Source of the DNA: Pseudovirgaria hyperparasitica | Lineage: Eukaryota | Strand: one strand, 5' to 3' | Assembly (NCBI GenBank): GCA_010093815.1 | Contig: ML996577.1 | DNA length: 64,000 nt | Shown: positions 26,578 through 38,708 of the stretch, in pieces | How the letters are laid out: each line of letters opens with the position of its first letter | How positions within the stretch are numbered: position 1 is the stretch's first letter | Notes under the pieces: generated by a model | Databases searched by the model: none | The model's input: only the letters and a program-made list of their open reading frames with translations | What the model was told of the DNA's origin: nothing | Program-made: the position numbers and the translations under genes

Positions 26578-27285
26578 TCATATCAACAGCCCTTCACCCT
26601 TTCCATACTTCCCTTCCTCATCTTCGACCTTCTTCGCCTCAGGGTCAACAATCTTCCCCTCCCCACCCGGTCCCTTCGCCGCCTCCGCCGGCGTCCCGGG
26701 CCTTTGCACACTCAGATCAAACTCTGCCTCTCGCACATGAAATTCATCCCGCATAGAGTTCGTCAGCTTGTCCAGATCGCCGCGGGGCATATCCTTCAGC
26801 GCCTTTTCCCACACTGCGTGCCAGCGCCCCGTCGCACCGATGCGCAACTTGGTTCGTGGGATCCATTTCTCTGTCAGGGGGATATCCTTGACGACTTCCT
26901 TATGGGGCGGGATCTCGAGAAAGTCAGCGCGTGGAGGCGGTTGTACGCGCGAGATTTGGACGTTGGGCACGGAGACTTTGGGCGCGGCCAGGTCGAGCGG
27001 CGTGAAAGTGAAGATCTGCTGGGATAGCGCGGTGGCGTCCAAGGGGGTGCCCCAGGTCAGGATTGTGAAGGCGTGTGGAGAGGAGTTGCGCAGGTGCACG
27101 CGCATGGTGGGGACTTTGGCTGTTGTGACTTGCTCGAGCGTGAAAGAGAGGGAGGAAAGAGATTCAAATGAGCGCGGGGATTCGGCTGGGAGGGCGGAGT
27201 AGGCGTCTGAGTGGGAGTAGAGGGTGTAGATTGTGAAGATGAGGGTAATGGAGAGGAGGAGGGAGAGGGCTGTGCGAGGCTGCAT
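26578..27285 (-). CDS. Secreted/membrane-anchored protein resembling a stand-alone deuterolysin (M35) pro-domain
   Basis: Hydrophobic N-terminus; LRNSSPHAFTILTWGTPLD motif and beta-rich core; no HEXXH zinc motif; single 235-aa ORF. Confidence 0.6.
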   Translation of the reverse strand: MQPRTALSLLLSITLIFTIYTLYSHSDAYSALPAESPRSFESLSSLSFTLEQVTTAKVPTMRVHLRNSSPHAFTILTWGTPLDATALSQQIFTFTPLDLAAPKVSVPNVQISRVQPPPRADFLEIPPHKEVVKDIPLTEKWIPRTKLRIGATGRWHAVWEKALKDMPRGDLDKLTNSMRDEFHVREAEFDLSVQRPGTPAEAAKGPGGEGKIVDPEAKKVEDEEGKYGKGEGLLI

Positions 27286-28174
27286 GACTGCGACCGCGTT
27301 TGACGCTCAGATAAGGCCGATAGTGAGGGATGGTCCTAATGTTCCTGTTGGTCCTGGTACAGTCGATTGATATTTTCGTTGTCTGTTTGATATCGCCGTT
27401 TGTGACTAGTCTCGTGATCTGATGCCGAGGATATAGAGCGCTTGGACAGACTGCGGAATATGCGCCAATCTCAGGATCCTAGACTAAAAGTATCATAGAT
27501 TAGAGTGTAATAAGGAGCGTAGGCTTTAGACAGGTTTGTTCTGAAAGTAAGCGCGAATTAGTGTGGTAAGGAGTGAGATTGTGTTATGTTGTTCTAAAGT
27601 CGCACCAGGAGACACCTCACGCATGACGATAATGTTTTCAGGGGACGTCGACCCGACGTCAACGAATGCGTGCGCTAAACCCTCTTTGCTATCCGATCCA
27701 CCACCGCTCCACTCCAGGCTGCTGTGCCGCTCCAGCCACACCAACCCTTGGCATGGAGCTATCATTGGCTAGGGTCGCCGGCATCTTTATCTGAGTGTCG
27801 CGTAGAGAGGCCCGCTCAAAGTCGTTGGACAGCGTTTTTTAGTTGCTCCTGTCAGGACACAACCCTCCCACACGTAAGGTCTGTCACAAATACCCTCCTG
27901 TCCCCAGTATAGAGTGAACATTGAGAACACAGCTCATCTCTATTCTCCATGTCTGATCGCTATTATCATCATAAGGTGTGTGAAACCGGTAGTTCCATCT
28001 GGCACTTAACCAACATGATCGGCTTCATGAGCTTCAAGTGTTTGTTATTAAGGTCATAAATAACAATCACCATCAGTGTCTCTGCTTCAAGTCCGACTAT
28101 GATTAAATACATTCCAACATATACTCGACAAGTACAGGGCAAATGGCACTTAGTATGTTGCTGGCCGCCTACCG

Positions 28175-29921
28175 TCAACTTCTTATCACATAGCTCTGTG
28201 CATGCCAGAAGTCACATTGCGGACTTGCGTCCTGGTCAGCCACTACGGCTATATTCGTATAGTTGACCTCAATCACTCTATAACCATTCGAAGTTCCAGG
28301 AGCTGAAGCTTCAAGATATGTCGGCCAATGTGGCTTCGGCATACCTGAGTAAGAGATTGCGTTTGGGTCATGCACCATTACAAATGAGACGAACCAATCT
28401 AGCATGATAGAAGACATTGTAGTGTTATCGACCGAACCAGGTGTAGTGTCTACCATTGATCAGCAACAGTCTGAGATGAAAAACAAACACCACACTTACA
28501 ATTCAACGTATTGTTGTTGAACAAATAGGGATACGTCGACGCATGGAGTTGTGTCCCCGCATTAAATGCCATCTTATATACCGGGACTCCCCAGTCTGAA
28601 GCTGCAGTCGAAATGTAATACGTTGGACAATCAACGATGGAGTTGCCAAATATCTTCTCGCGTTGAAACAGACTGGAGTTGAAGTTCTCAGCAGGATACA
28701 TTTGAAACAGTCGGTTCCAAAATGCTGCTTTTCCTTGTGCGAATGGGAACAGCTGCTCCAAGTCTTGCTTCACATCCTCAGGAGTACTCAAGGCAGTGTC
28801 AGTAAAGCGAAGCCCCTCATACGTCTCCTTGTTCGTCATTATAGGAACTTTCGCGAAATTCCCTCGCTTAAACTCATTCGACGGCAGATCCCGGATTATC
28901 GTCCCATCGACCGTGGGTCCAAAGTAGAAATCCCCATACCCGTAATACTGCACCGCCGTAGCATTATACCCAAGATCATACAAGCTCTGTATCGCCACCG
29001 CAAGCGTGTCCTCATCCAAGCCCCTCAGGCATGCAATATCATCACACTCCGTCTTCAGTAGCAAATCGCGATATTGCTTCTCCACCACCGACGCATTCTT
29101 CATCGGCTGCCACCATGGATACTCTACAATCGCTGCCTGGAATGGCGGCGCCTGGACGCCTCCATACATGATCATGAGGTGGTTCAAGGCCCCACCACCT
29201 GCACTCCCCCCATGGACCGTCACACGATTTGGATCTCCGCCAAAGGCTCTAATATTGCGTTGCACCCACTCCAGTGCCGCACGCTGGTCGAGCAGCCCTA
29301 CGTTTGCAGTGCCGTGTGCGAGGATGTCCGCAGAGGACAGGAAGCCATATGCGCCCAGGCGGTATTGGATACTGACGAAGATCATGTCGCCGCGAGCATG
29401 CTGCATGAGTGCGTAGCCGGGATATGCAGAAGTGCTGCCTAGCACGTAGCCACCGCCGTGGATCTCGAGCATGACGGGGAGACTGGATGAGGATGGGTTT
29501 GCTGGGACCTTGATGTCGAGGAGGAGACAGTCTTCAATACCCGGTGGGCGCGGAAGCGGGAATTCTTCATCTACGAACCAGGTTGGCTTTCCTTGGACGC
29601 ATGCTGGGCCAGGAGTTGTTGCGTCAATTGGAGTGCTGCGGGAGTAGTTGTTATGGAGTTCGATTGGCATGGGGGGTCTCCAGCGCAGGTGGTGGACAGG
29701 AGCTTGGGCATAGCGAATGCCATAGTAGTTGTTGAGGCTACATGGTGTTAGGCCAAGTATTGTATTGAGGTGAAGAATAGGGGCATCACGTACTCGTTGT
29801 CTTCCAAGTACTTGCCTTGATATTGTGCGTAGCCGAGATCGACCACTGGCCCAGACAAGTTTGCATTTACAAATGCTGCAGTCAAAAACGATATGAGCGG
29901 AATAGAGACTTGTGTTCTCAT
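28175..29921 (-). CDS. Secreted type-B carboxylesterase/lipase, 3 exons
   Basis: Signal peptide MRTQVSIPLISFLTAA, VVDLGYAQYQG, YYGIRYAQAP, EDCLLLD, IHGGGY, catalytic GGSAGG. Introns at about 29738-29793 and 28450-28499. Confidence 0.9.
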
Positions 29922-30768
29922 CTTGCCTGATATGTCCGATTGGGTAGACTATGACAGTGAATCAATAACGTAGTTTCTACACTGCCTGGCCTGGTCACGA
30001 TATACATAGTATGTACCATATTAGTCATCCAAAACTCTAACATACACAAAGAACCAGGCTCCAGCCGGAGATAGACACTGCATATGCATTGGAATCTATG
30101 ATACGAGACTAAAGCTCTATTAGCATGGGGGCTGATAAATGTCTAACCGAATTAGGAGATTTAGACATGGCCAGGGAAGCAGCTAGTGAGTAGTGCATAT
30201 ATCAGTTTAGCAATACTTCCGCGCGATCAGCGATCAACGATAAGTTCCATGAGTGCGTTCGAGCATGATCTCATCAGACCATAGCTGATTGTATACTAAC
30301 GTTAAACAAGATACCTGCATTATTCATGGGTCTTATTTTCGAAATTCGCAGTTTAGACTTAATACACAGCGAGGGCTTCTTAGACGGAGTCGAGGTCAAA
30401 CCCAACTCTAAACTAAACATTAGCTTTGAAAAACCTCTAATATTTTTCTGTTATGTATTTACTGAAAAACCTCAATTAGGCGCTCTAGCGAATTCTAACA
30501 CTCTACTGTATTGCAGAATCGGTAGGAGAAGTAGAGTATTAGTCCTTTTTACTGCACTCCGGAGTATATAATAATGCTCCGGAGTAATTTATTACTATCC
30601 TTGTCCGTCGCGCAACACTACCTGCATGATAGATCGGAGGATTCCTTATCTTGAAGCACTGACCTCAAACCCAAGATGCGTCCTCAACTAAGAACTATGA
30701 CCTCAATGCTTGGGGAAAGAGCTTAATCGGAACGAATATGTCCAGCTAACAAGAGTATCACATCTAAT

Positions 30769-30815
30769 TTTCTCGCTCTCTCTTTCTCTCTCTCTTTCTG
30801 TCTCTGTCTCTCTCG
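30769..30815. repeat. Imperfect (CT)n microsatellite
   Basis: tctcgctctctctttctctctctctttctgtctctgtctctctc. Confidence 0.8.
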
Positions 30816-31129
30816 CAATCATTGACTCGGGGCACAACCCTATTAGCTCCTAACTAAAGTCTAAGTAGAGCCTCGCAAGATACGTAAAATGTCAGCTGAT
30901 GAACCGTTAGGTCACGGCTGCAGGCTCACTCTCTATGTGTGTCACATTGATACTATGCATGCGCAAGCCCAGCTAGAACGGACACGGCGTGGTGTTGTTT
31001 TCACGAATGCAGGATCTTGAGTCGCGTTGAACACGCTTGATCCCGGGTTGAAATTTTCAAATTAATTCATTGCCCTAAAAGCTGACACTCTTGGCGCGCG
31101 TAAATGCGTATATTCCCCTGAACCCCCCG

Positions 31130-31320
31130 AGATTTATTAGATTTCTATACCTTTTTATAATAGCCTATATGTCATAATATGTATATAGATATATGAGTTA
31201 ATAGAGTAAGATAGGATAATTTTTCCATGGATATAACTTTTGGATACTTAAGTCTAGCTAATAATAAGTGAATTGAAATCTTAAGAAAGAAGAGAAAGGA
31301 AAGATACTTATGTACTTTTC
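31130..31320. repeat. AT-rich, TpA-enriched relic (probable RIP-degraded repeat)
   Basis: Abrupt AT and TpA enrichment relative to flanks; no ORF. Confidence 0.5.
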
Positions 31321-31882
31321 GCACGGGCTACCTCTCTGAAATCTGTATCTCAAGAAAGTAATCGTTCAGGTAGGGCGGTACCCAGATTTAAAAATTCATC
31401 CATAGAGACCAGACCGCGTGAGGCCCGACTTCTGACTGTTCAATACACCCCATCCTTGCTCCCTCGCGACTAGACGCTATTCTCCTTCAGCTGGTCGCAG
31501 CAGCAGTATTTACAGGGACATTGCGGACCTTCCGCTCGCTCCCATACAAACCTTGTAGCTATCACATCCTAGATGCACAGGTATGCAGAGCGGCGCGGCT
31601 AGCCATGAGCTACTCGTATAGATCGGTGGAATCATTCTGCTTACAGAATGCCGACCAGAGCGGGTGAATCTCGTAGACAAATTGCAGAGGAGAGCCATTA
31701 TACTTCGCCCTTGCTAGCGCGGGTTCCGATCCTGCAGAAGCGTCTTATCACGCGTCTGAACAAGTCGGTCTAGAGAGAGGACTGGCGGTACAATCATTTC
31801 GAGCATAATTATTCCTATTAGTCGATCGTCCATCCCAGCCTCGTGCAATTCCAGAATCGATTCACATCAAGTCCAATGGTGT

Positions 31883-32670
31883 TCAGTCCATCATCCACTT
31901 AGATTCGTTTTCGTCCGAAACTGCATTTTGAAAGCTGTGGCTACTAAGCCATTCGTCGGCGTCTTCCTTCAGAGCATGCTCTGTGTAAAATTTCGATAGT
32001 ATCTCCACATAGGCTGTCGTTCAGTTAGTAAGAAAGAGTACCGCTGAGGGGTATGACAAACCGTCATTTGGCATAGGTCGTGCTGGCTTGAGAGAAAAGT
32101 GCGCAATATTATTCCTGTATAATGCAAGTGTGTCTGGAACCAGGGTTCCTGGCAAGGATATTAGCATACTGACCAAACGAGAACTCGAGGAGAGACTTGC
32201 CCTTTGGCACGGTAAAAATGTATGGACGATCGACATCAGATCCTTCTTCAATATCAAGATCATAGTTATCCATAGCGGTTCTAATGATTTCCTGCATTGT
32301 GAATGTATTGGGAAGCAACACGATTCCATCGGACACTTTCCAATCAGCAGACATACCAGATAACAATCCCTTGCAACATACATGGGAGCCGCGCCCAGGT
32401 CACCGGACTCGCAGCTTTCGATTCAAGTTCATTACAGCGATGATCGCACCGTTCAAAGTCGAACTGCTTGTAGAATGATCCGGAGTTGATCCGCAATAGA
32501 GAAGCCGGAAACATTGAATAGCGTCGCAAGGTTGCTTGCGCGTGATAGAAAACGCGTCGAGACATGAGCACAGACAGTAGTTGAGGCCAGTGAAAACGAC
32601 TTGCCGAAAAGTGACCAACAGAGGAAGACCTGGACAGTAATCCATTAGTCACGGAAAATCGTAGATCCAT
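31883..32670 (-). CDS. Tse2-like ADP-ribosyltransferase toxin-domain protein, 4 exons (start at 32670 or 32565)
   Basis: Introns 32336-32381 (GT-AG), 32149-32200 (GC-AG) and 32014-32061 (GT-AG), each with a branch point, give one open frame: ...RRYSMFPASLLRINSG...SDGIVLLPNTFTMQE...YIFTVPKGTLVPDTLALYRNNIAHFSLKPARPM...KFYTEHALKEDADEWL...ESKWMMD*. This matches my recollection of the Tse2 ART family pattern (FPxxLxR / G..xxPN / IPxGTxxP..L....HxSLxP). Confidence 0.68.
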
Positions 32671-33179
32671 TAGAATACAGACGGATCGCCGAGCTCCGAC
32701 GCGCTGGTATTAATTATGATTAAACGCTACTCAGGAATTAAATACGGTTCTGTGGAGCTATTATATCAAAACAGGGATAAATTTTCCACTTCCTACAACT
32801 ATTAAACATCTAAGAAATATATTTCAAGTCTTAAAAAATATATCGAGATGACAAGATTGTGAAGCCAGTCCCTGCTTCCTAGCAATCCATAGCTCTTGGC
32901 GACACGTAGCGTTTGACCTGAGACATGAGACAATTTCGGCATGAAAGCTTTTATCCCTCACCTGGTATTGTCAACATTACGGCCTCGAAAGGAATACCAT
33001 TGTCGAAGAGGTTTAATATCTGAAAAGCGACGGCAGTTAAAAGTAGAACGTCAGAGACGAGATGTTTGATTTCTGGTACGATTATACTCATTCAAATTAC
33101 GTGTTCGTCAGTAAGAACATAACATTGAGTCACGAAGCCTAATTGCGCGTATACCAATGAAAAGCTTTTCAAGAACCTT

Positions 33180-33660
33180 CACAGGTAGTTGAGCGCAGAA
33201 AATGCTTTACAGCCTCCGCTCACAGGAACTATCATGCTAGTCGACAATTGATGAAGACATCGATATTGCCAGCCTCAACCAAAACATGTTTCACGCCTTC
33301 AATGAAGTTTTTGCGAGCATCACAGCTGTTCTTTTCCCGACACGAGGTCAGACAATGATCAGTGGAGTATTATGCCGCTCCAGATGACGAAATTTGTGTT
33401 AGGGAATATATTGTTGGTGTCGAAGAATTGGATACTTTGTTTTGACAAATTGATGATTGAACAAGTGAAACTAAGTAATGTTGTCTGGTCATGAACCATG
33501 TCTTGTCTTTAGGGCAATTAACGTGACCATGCTTGATGTCAAGGTTCACCATATTCTGCGGAGGAGCGAGAAAGTACACTTACGAAGGGATGTTTGTTAT
33601 CTTGCCCTAGTACCGCTGGACTACTTTGAAGATCCTAGATTCGTGTCTGTACAATAGGTC
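33180..33660 (+). pseudogene. Decayed coding-like remnant of unknown family
   Basis: Protein-like segments (STIDEDIDIASLNQNMFHAFNEVF; VEYYAAPDDEICVREYIVGVEELDTLF*; AINVTMLDVKVHHIL...PLDYFEDPRF) broken by stops and frame changes, plus a GTAATG..TTTAG intron-like piece. Confidence 0.35.
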
Positions 33661-34669
33661 GGAATGGAAGTCCTGAGAAACCTCACGGCTCCTCTCGAAT
33701 GAGAGCAAGATAATGTGCTCGACATGGTGATAAATGTGCCTAGGAATGGAGAAGAGACATGGGTATTGGCGTTTTTAGTGCTGTGTGACGTATTGAGGAG
33801 ATTGCGCTAGGTGACATATAGCAGCAGTTTGTGGAGTGGATTTAGGAGAGATACGTGAGCGTGATGAGTTGTTGGTGGTGAGGTGGTCATATTGAAGACA
33901 CTTTCGCTGGGGTGTGAAGTGGTCGAGGAAGGCGTGATTTGCGTGTCGCTGGCTATGTAGTAGGTTCTTGAAGAGACGCTCGGGAGTATTAAGGCGATAT
34001 CAATTGTAAATTTGCGGAGAATGCTGGAGACTAGAAAGAATTACTTCCTTACTGGAGCTAGGTACTCAAAGGTCCTACACGAAGATCCCCACGTTGTCTG
34101 GATTTGCCATTGCTCAGCTCACCCACATACTTGCCGAGGAGAATTGGAAGAGAGTAGCTTAAGCTCTGCAGATCTGCCTGTGCACTCCTTTTACGTTGCA
34201 TTCGCACCAGTAAGTTTGATTGAAGCAAAGCTTTCATGATCTTTTAAGCATCTCATGGTACTGCGGGATCCTTTGGAATATTCATAGAAGGACAGGAAGC
34301 TCCCGATTATTGAACAGGTTGTGGCCCGACGTCGGAGCCTCATAGGAGTGTGTATGAACCGTAGACCGCGATTTACGCGACGATCGCACGTTGTGTGACG
34401 ATTTGGAGAGATCGCTCTTGCAGCTGTTTATAGGGCAAGTTTGGCTAGAGCTGTGGAGGAATGGGCAATGCCGAGGGTGCCATTTTCTCTCTCTCAGTCA
34501 AGTACTAATGATAGCTACACATTAACGGACGTCATCTGGGAGGTTCACTTATCAGTACCTTTAGATGTGGTCTAAAGGACGCACAAGTATTCTTCATCGT
34601 TGTCTTTCTATCAAAGAGACCGCGGAAATGGTCCACGGCATCTCAGGATCTCCCGGGAAAGGACATACT

Positions 34670-35868
34670 TCAATCAAACGTGATTTTCTTCCCAGAGAAC
34701 TGTGCAGTCTGTGCCTGCTCTTTTGCCTTCTTAGCAGCCTCCCAAGACGGATGCACAGGGCCTGTGTCATCCCTCGTTTTCAGTTTCGTAGCTTTTAATG
34801 GTGCCGAATTTGCGCCCGTCGAGACCGCTGGACGAAATCTTTCTTTGCTCTTGTTTGAAATTCTGGCCCCTCGGCTCCGCGACCGGTCATCACCTGTTAA
34901 CTGGGCACCCTTCTTTGGGTCCCAGCCCGCATTTCTTTCGTCTTTTGATTTCTTTTGAAGATGCTTCGCTTGCTGTCCAAATTTCTTTTCAGCTAGTTGT
35001 TGTCTTGCTCGCTGACCACGTCGATTTTTCTTCGGAGCGAGATCTTCCTCTAGATCCTCAGCTTCTGATTCTGATCCCGACCAATAGCCTCCCATTGTCA
35101 ATGTTGGCATGAAAGCTGATTTCGTTATACCGGGTCTTGTTGCTTTGTCTCGGATGCCTCGAAAACATTCATCGCGTTCACCATCATCAGATGCCACCAG
35201 ATCCTTATGCCGATTTATCTGCATGTCGGAACCATTCTCGCTGCTCGAGATCCCAGACCATTCCTCGTCGCCATTCCCTGTGTCGGAGGTGTATCGACGG
35301 TCATCCTTTTTGGAAATATCCTCCACCGGACCGAGGGACTTCACCAGATCTTCAATTGCATGCGATACCGCCTTCTTAACAGGATCGGCTTTATAGAGCC
35401 GTGCCGCTACGTTCAAGGTCGCAGTTTCTGACCCGAAGGTCTTCGAAGGTGCATCGAGGAGAGGTGGTCGAGCAGGATTGGCCGAAATAGACTTGATCTT
35501 GTTCAGAACTTTACATAGATGTATTTGAGCCACATCTCGCAGGCTCAGAGTCTGGTGCATTAGCCAAGGAGATGGCATATTGTGGACAGCCTTACTTTGC
35601 ACGCGATGTACTCAGCATCTAAGCGCTCCTTCAATTTCGCATCTCCCTTTTCGGTCGCTTCCTTTCGTCGCCGCCCCAGTTTCTGTCTCTCGAGCCCTGC
35701 AGCGAGCTTCAAGGCTTTGTGCACGTTGGCAATACCGGTTTGGAGTTTGCTCTCCGCCCGTACTGTTCGTAGGCTTTGCCTTGGTGGCGGTGAGCTAGAG
35801 CTTTCTTCGGAGAAGCTGACGGCATCGTCGTCACCGCTGAGCGAATCAGAGCGTTTGCGTTTCAACAT
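34670..35868 (-). CDS. BUD22: Bud22-like ribosome biogenesis / morphogenesis protein, 2 exons
   Basis: MLKRKRS start; LERQKLGRR; C-terminal KKNRRGQRARQQLAEKKFG and HPSWEAAKKAKE...FSGKKITFD signature; intron at about 35550-35599. Confidence 0.88.
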
Positions 35869-35972
35869 TGTTTGAGGCTGAACCTCATTGATAAACCGAC
35901 GTTGATGCAGAGGCTGCTGAATTGTCCATGACTTTTTTTGCGGGGCCATGTGACGGATATCAGAACACGCTA

Positions 35973-36435
35973 GATCCGTTTATCCATAGTTACATGAGAA
36001 AGCTTGGCAGCCGGTGCACGCATGTCTCGCGCGCACACGAACCATAGTATAAACGATATTTTTACCTCTTACTACCATATTATCCCTTTATAATATATAA
36101 AACTATAATATATAATAGAAGAAAGCTAGTATAACTAATATATAATACTAAAGATCTTTAATATTCTCTCTCTATCCTTCTAGAGCGCTTTTAAAATATA
36201 GGAGTATATAGCTAGCTAGACCTAAGTATCTCTCTATAGAATCTACTCTCTTTACTCTTTTTCTATAGTTTTAGAGATATTATAGATAGTATAAAGTAAT
36301 AAAAAGAGTATAGATATATCCTTAGGGTTATATAAAATTAGTATATAGTAGTATTTATAATTATAGAGGGATAATTCGGCGGTAATAGGTAAACCAACTG
36401 CCAAGCTTTCTCATGTAACTATGGACAAACGGATT
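35973..36435. mobile_element. Non-autonomous TIR DNA transposon (MITE-like), RIP-mutated
   Basis: 38-bp terminal inverted repeats (GATCCGTTTATCCATAGTTACATGAGAAAGCTTGGCAG at 35973-36010; reverse complement at 36398-36435, 2 transition mismatches), flanked by TA on both sides, with an extremely TpA-rich interior. Confidence 0.88.
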
Positions 36436-37235
36436 TATCTGAGCACGACTCATCCATACCCCCGAACTTGGACGCGTCTCGGTGATTCGGTCCTTATTAA
36501 GGCCGGGGTTGGAACGTCACTTTCACTTTGCATTCTTCATCAACACGTAGGTTTCTCTCCACTACGACACAACACGAAAGTTCATGGACTATCCTTATAT
36601 TCACTCCGCTCATTTCCATCTCTCCCTCATTTACAAAGTCACCCATCTCCTCTTGCCCAGCTCGTGTAGTGTTTTCGTATAAAACACCCTACTAGAACTA
36701 CACTCGTGCTCTGATTTATGTACAGTCAAGCTACCTCCCGAGAAAGTCTTCCCATTCCGTCTTTATCACAGTAGTGCAGTATTTTACCGTAGCTACTTCT
36801 CTGTCATTTCACTTGTCGCCTGCGCTCGTCCTCAAACACCAACTCGATCAGGCGATCATCGTAGTCCGATGCAATGGCTCACTATCACGGAATTATCGCC
36901 TAGAGCTGGATTCTGACATCTGAGATCAACTAGCATCCTTCTAGTCCGCATGGGATACTGACTTGACAATATCGCCAAATCCTTCAGCTTCGGTTTGTCG
37001 ACTGCGGGCAAGCCATTGTGTCTTATGAAACACGAACCATATGTACTAGTGTCAAGATTTGATACTAAAGTCATTCTCGACTCTTAAATCATTGAACAAA
37101 TACTCATGATTACTATGCTATTAATCATGGATAAGTATCGATTTCGACACATTTCGGAAATAAAGAAGACAAATGCAGTCGTTGTTAAACAGATATATTC
37201 AAAAACGCCGCGCACTCCAGCCCGTAAAAAGACGA

Positions 37236-38708
37236 CTAGACAATGGCCGAAACACCTGTTCCATGCAAGACTGGATTGATCGACTCGTCGAATTTGCACT
37301 TGAAATCAGAACCCAGCTCCTTCTTGATGGCAGTGGTCACCACCTCTAGCACATTTTCGAATACACCAAAGTTGGCTGGGTTTACTTCATCATTGTCACC
37401 GCCCTGGAACACACCAGTTCGCACCAGACAGGTGTTCCAACCATACATGTTTCCGCCAACGATATCGGATGCCGGGTTATCGCCAACCATGTAAATATTA
37501 GATGGCAAGCACTCGTCGCCGTGGATTTGCTCCATCCAACTTGCCATGACCTCGTCGGCATATTTGTATGTCGCAAGCTCAGGCTTACCATACACAGTAC
37601 GCTCAAGGTCGACGCCGGTCAAGGCTTTGTACATGGCTTCAAGGCCAATGCGAAATGTGCCTTGTGACATGCGGGGTATGGGATGCTCGGTGGGACACAA
37701 CATATCGCCCTGCGAGAAGTATATTGGGATCCGTTGAGAGTCAGGATCCTTTGCCACAGTTCCGAATCGGCCCTTCTCCGACCGCAACAGGTCCATAATG
37801 ATCTGCATGTCCGTGGCGTAATCACGACTGTCGGAGAATACCATGATGGCTTCGATATTGACCTGTGAGAAGTCACGAGGCCGCGACGTCGCACGCTCTG
37901 CGTCAGTAAAGACACGGTATGGTGCAATTGTAGGATCCCACGCAATGATATCGTTTGGGACCACGATGTCATTGAAGCCGTATTGCTCGGCCACTTCCCG
38001 ACATTTGTACCCTTCACCTCCCACGACGAGAACGGTATTGTAGTACTCTGCAAGAGCACGCATGGGTGTGTGAGACTGGATAAACTGGTCTGTGGAGATG
38101 GGTGAATTCAGAATTTTCGACAGCTGGTCGACGCGGGGCTTTTCGGGCTTCCCCGAGCCGTTAGTAAGGAAGATGTGAGGTATCTTTATACCAAGTTCGT
38201 TATCACCGTTCAATATCTCGAGAGCACGCTTCCCTTCTGGAATGAGACGGTCACCATGGACCAACACACCATCGATATCGAAGACAAACGCCATATTTTT
38301 GGCAGCCTTGACTTTATCACCAGATAGATCCTGAAGTTGTGCTGCGATGATGTCGCGACATGGCTGGACAATCTTGGTTCCAGCCTTCGTGAGGATGTGG
38401 CCATCAGGGTAATGAACGGACGACAATCTCGACTGGCGTTTCGAACGGGGAATGGGCAGTGAAGTGCCAAGGGAGTTCCGGGAACCACGACGATCTTTCG
38501 TTGATGGAGATACGCTCAGATTGTGCATGTACTGTGATGCATCAGAAATAGAACTCCGCGTGGCCGGAATTTCGACCGAGTGCTCATGATCGCCGCCGTC
38601 ACTGGAAATGTTAAGCGAGTTTCCATGACGATTGTCGCAAGACTTGAGTGCGGACAGCGGAGCCTGCACCGCGAAAGTAGTATCGTGGAAGGCAGGCATC
38701 GCGATCAT
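37236..38708 (-). CDS. HAD-superfamily hydrolase subfamily IIA, CECR5/HDHD5-like phosphatase
   Basis: Intronless 490-aa ORF; FVFDIDGVLV (motif I), FLTNGSG (II), YGKP (III), MVGDNPASDI (IV). Confidence 0.92.
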   Translation of the reverse strand: MIAMPAFHDTTFAVQAPLSALKSCDNRHGNSLNISSDGGDHEHSVEIPATRSSISDASQYMHNLSVSPSTKDRRGSRNSLGTSLPIPRSKRQSRLSSVHYPDGHILTKAGTKIVQPCRDIIAAQLQDLSGDKVKAAKNMAFVFDIDGVLVHGDRLIPEGKRALEILNGDNELGIKIPHIFLTNGSGKPEKPRVDQLSKILNSPISTDQFIQSHTPMRALAEYYNTVLVVGGEGYKCREVAEQYGFNDIVVPNDIIAWDPTIAPYRVFTDAERATSRPRDFSQVNIEAIMVFSDSRDYATDMQIIMDLLRSEKGRFGTVAKDPDSQRIPIYFSQGDMLCPTEHPIPRMSQGTFRIGLEAMYKALTGVDLERTVYGKPELATYKYADEVMASWMEQIHGDECLPSNIYMVGDNPASDIVGGNMYGWNTCLVRTGVFQGGDNDEVNPANFGVFENVLEVVTTAIKKELGSDFKCKFDESINPVLHGTGVSAIV

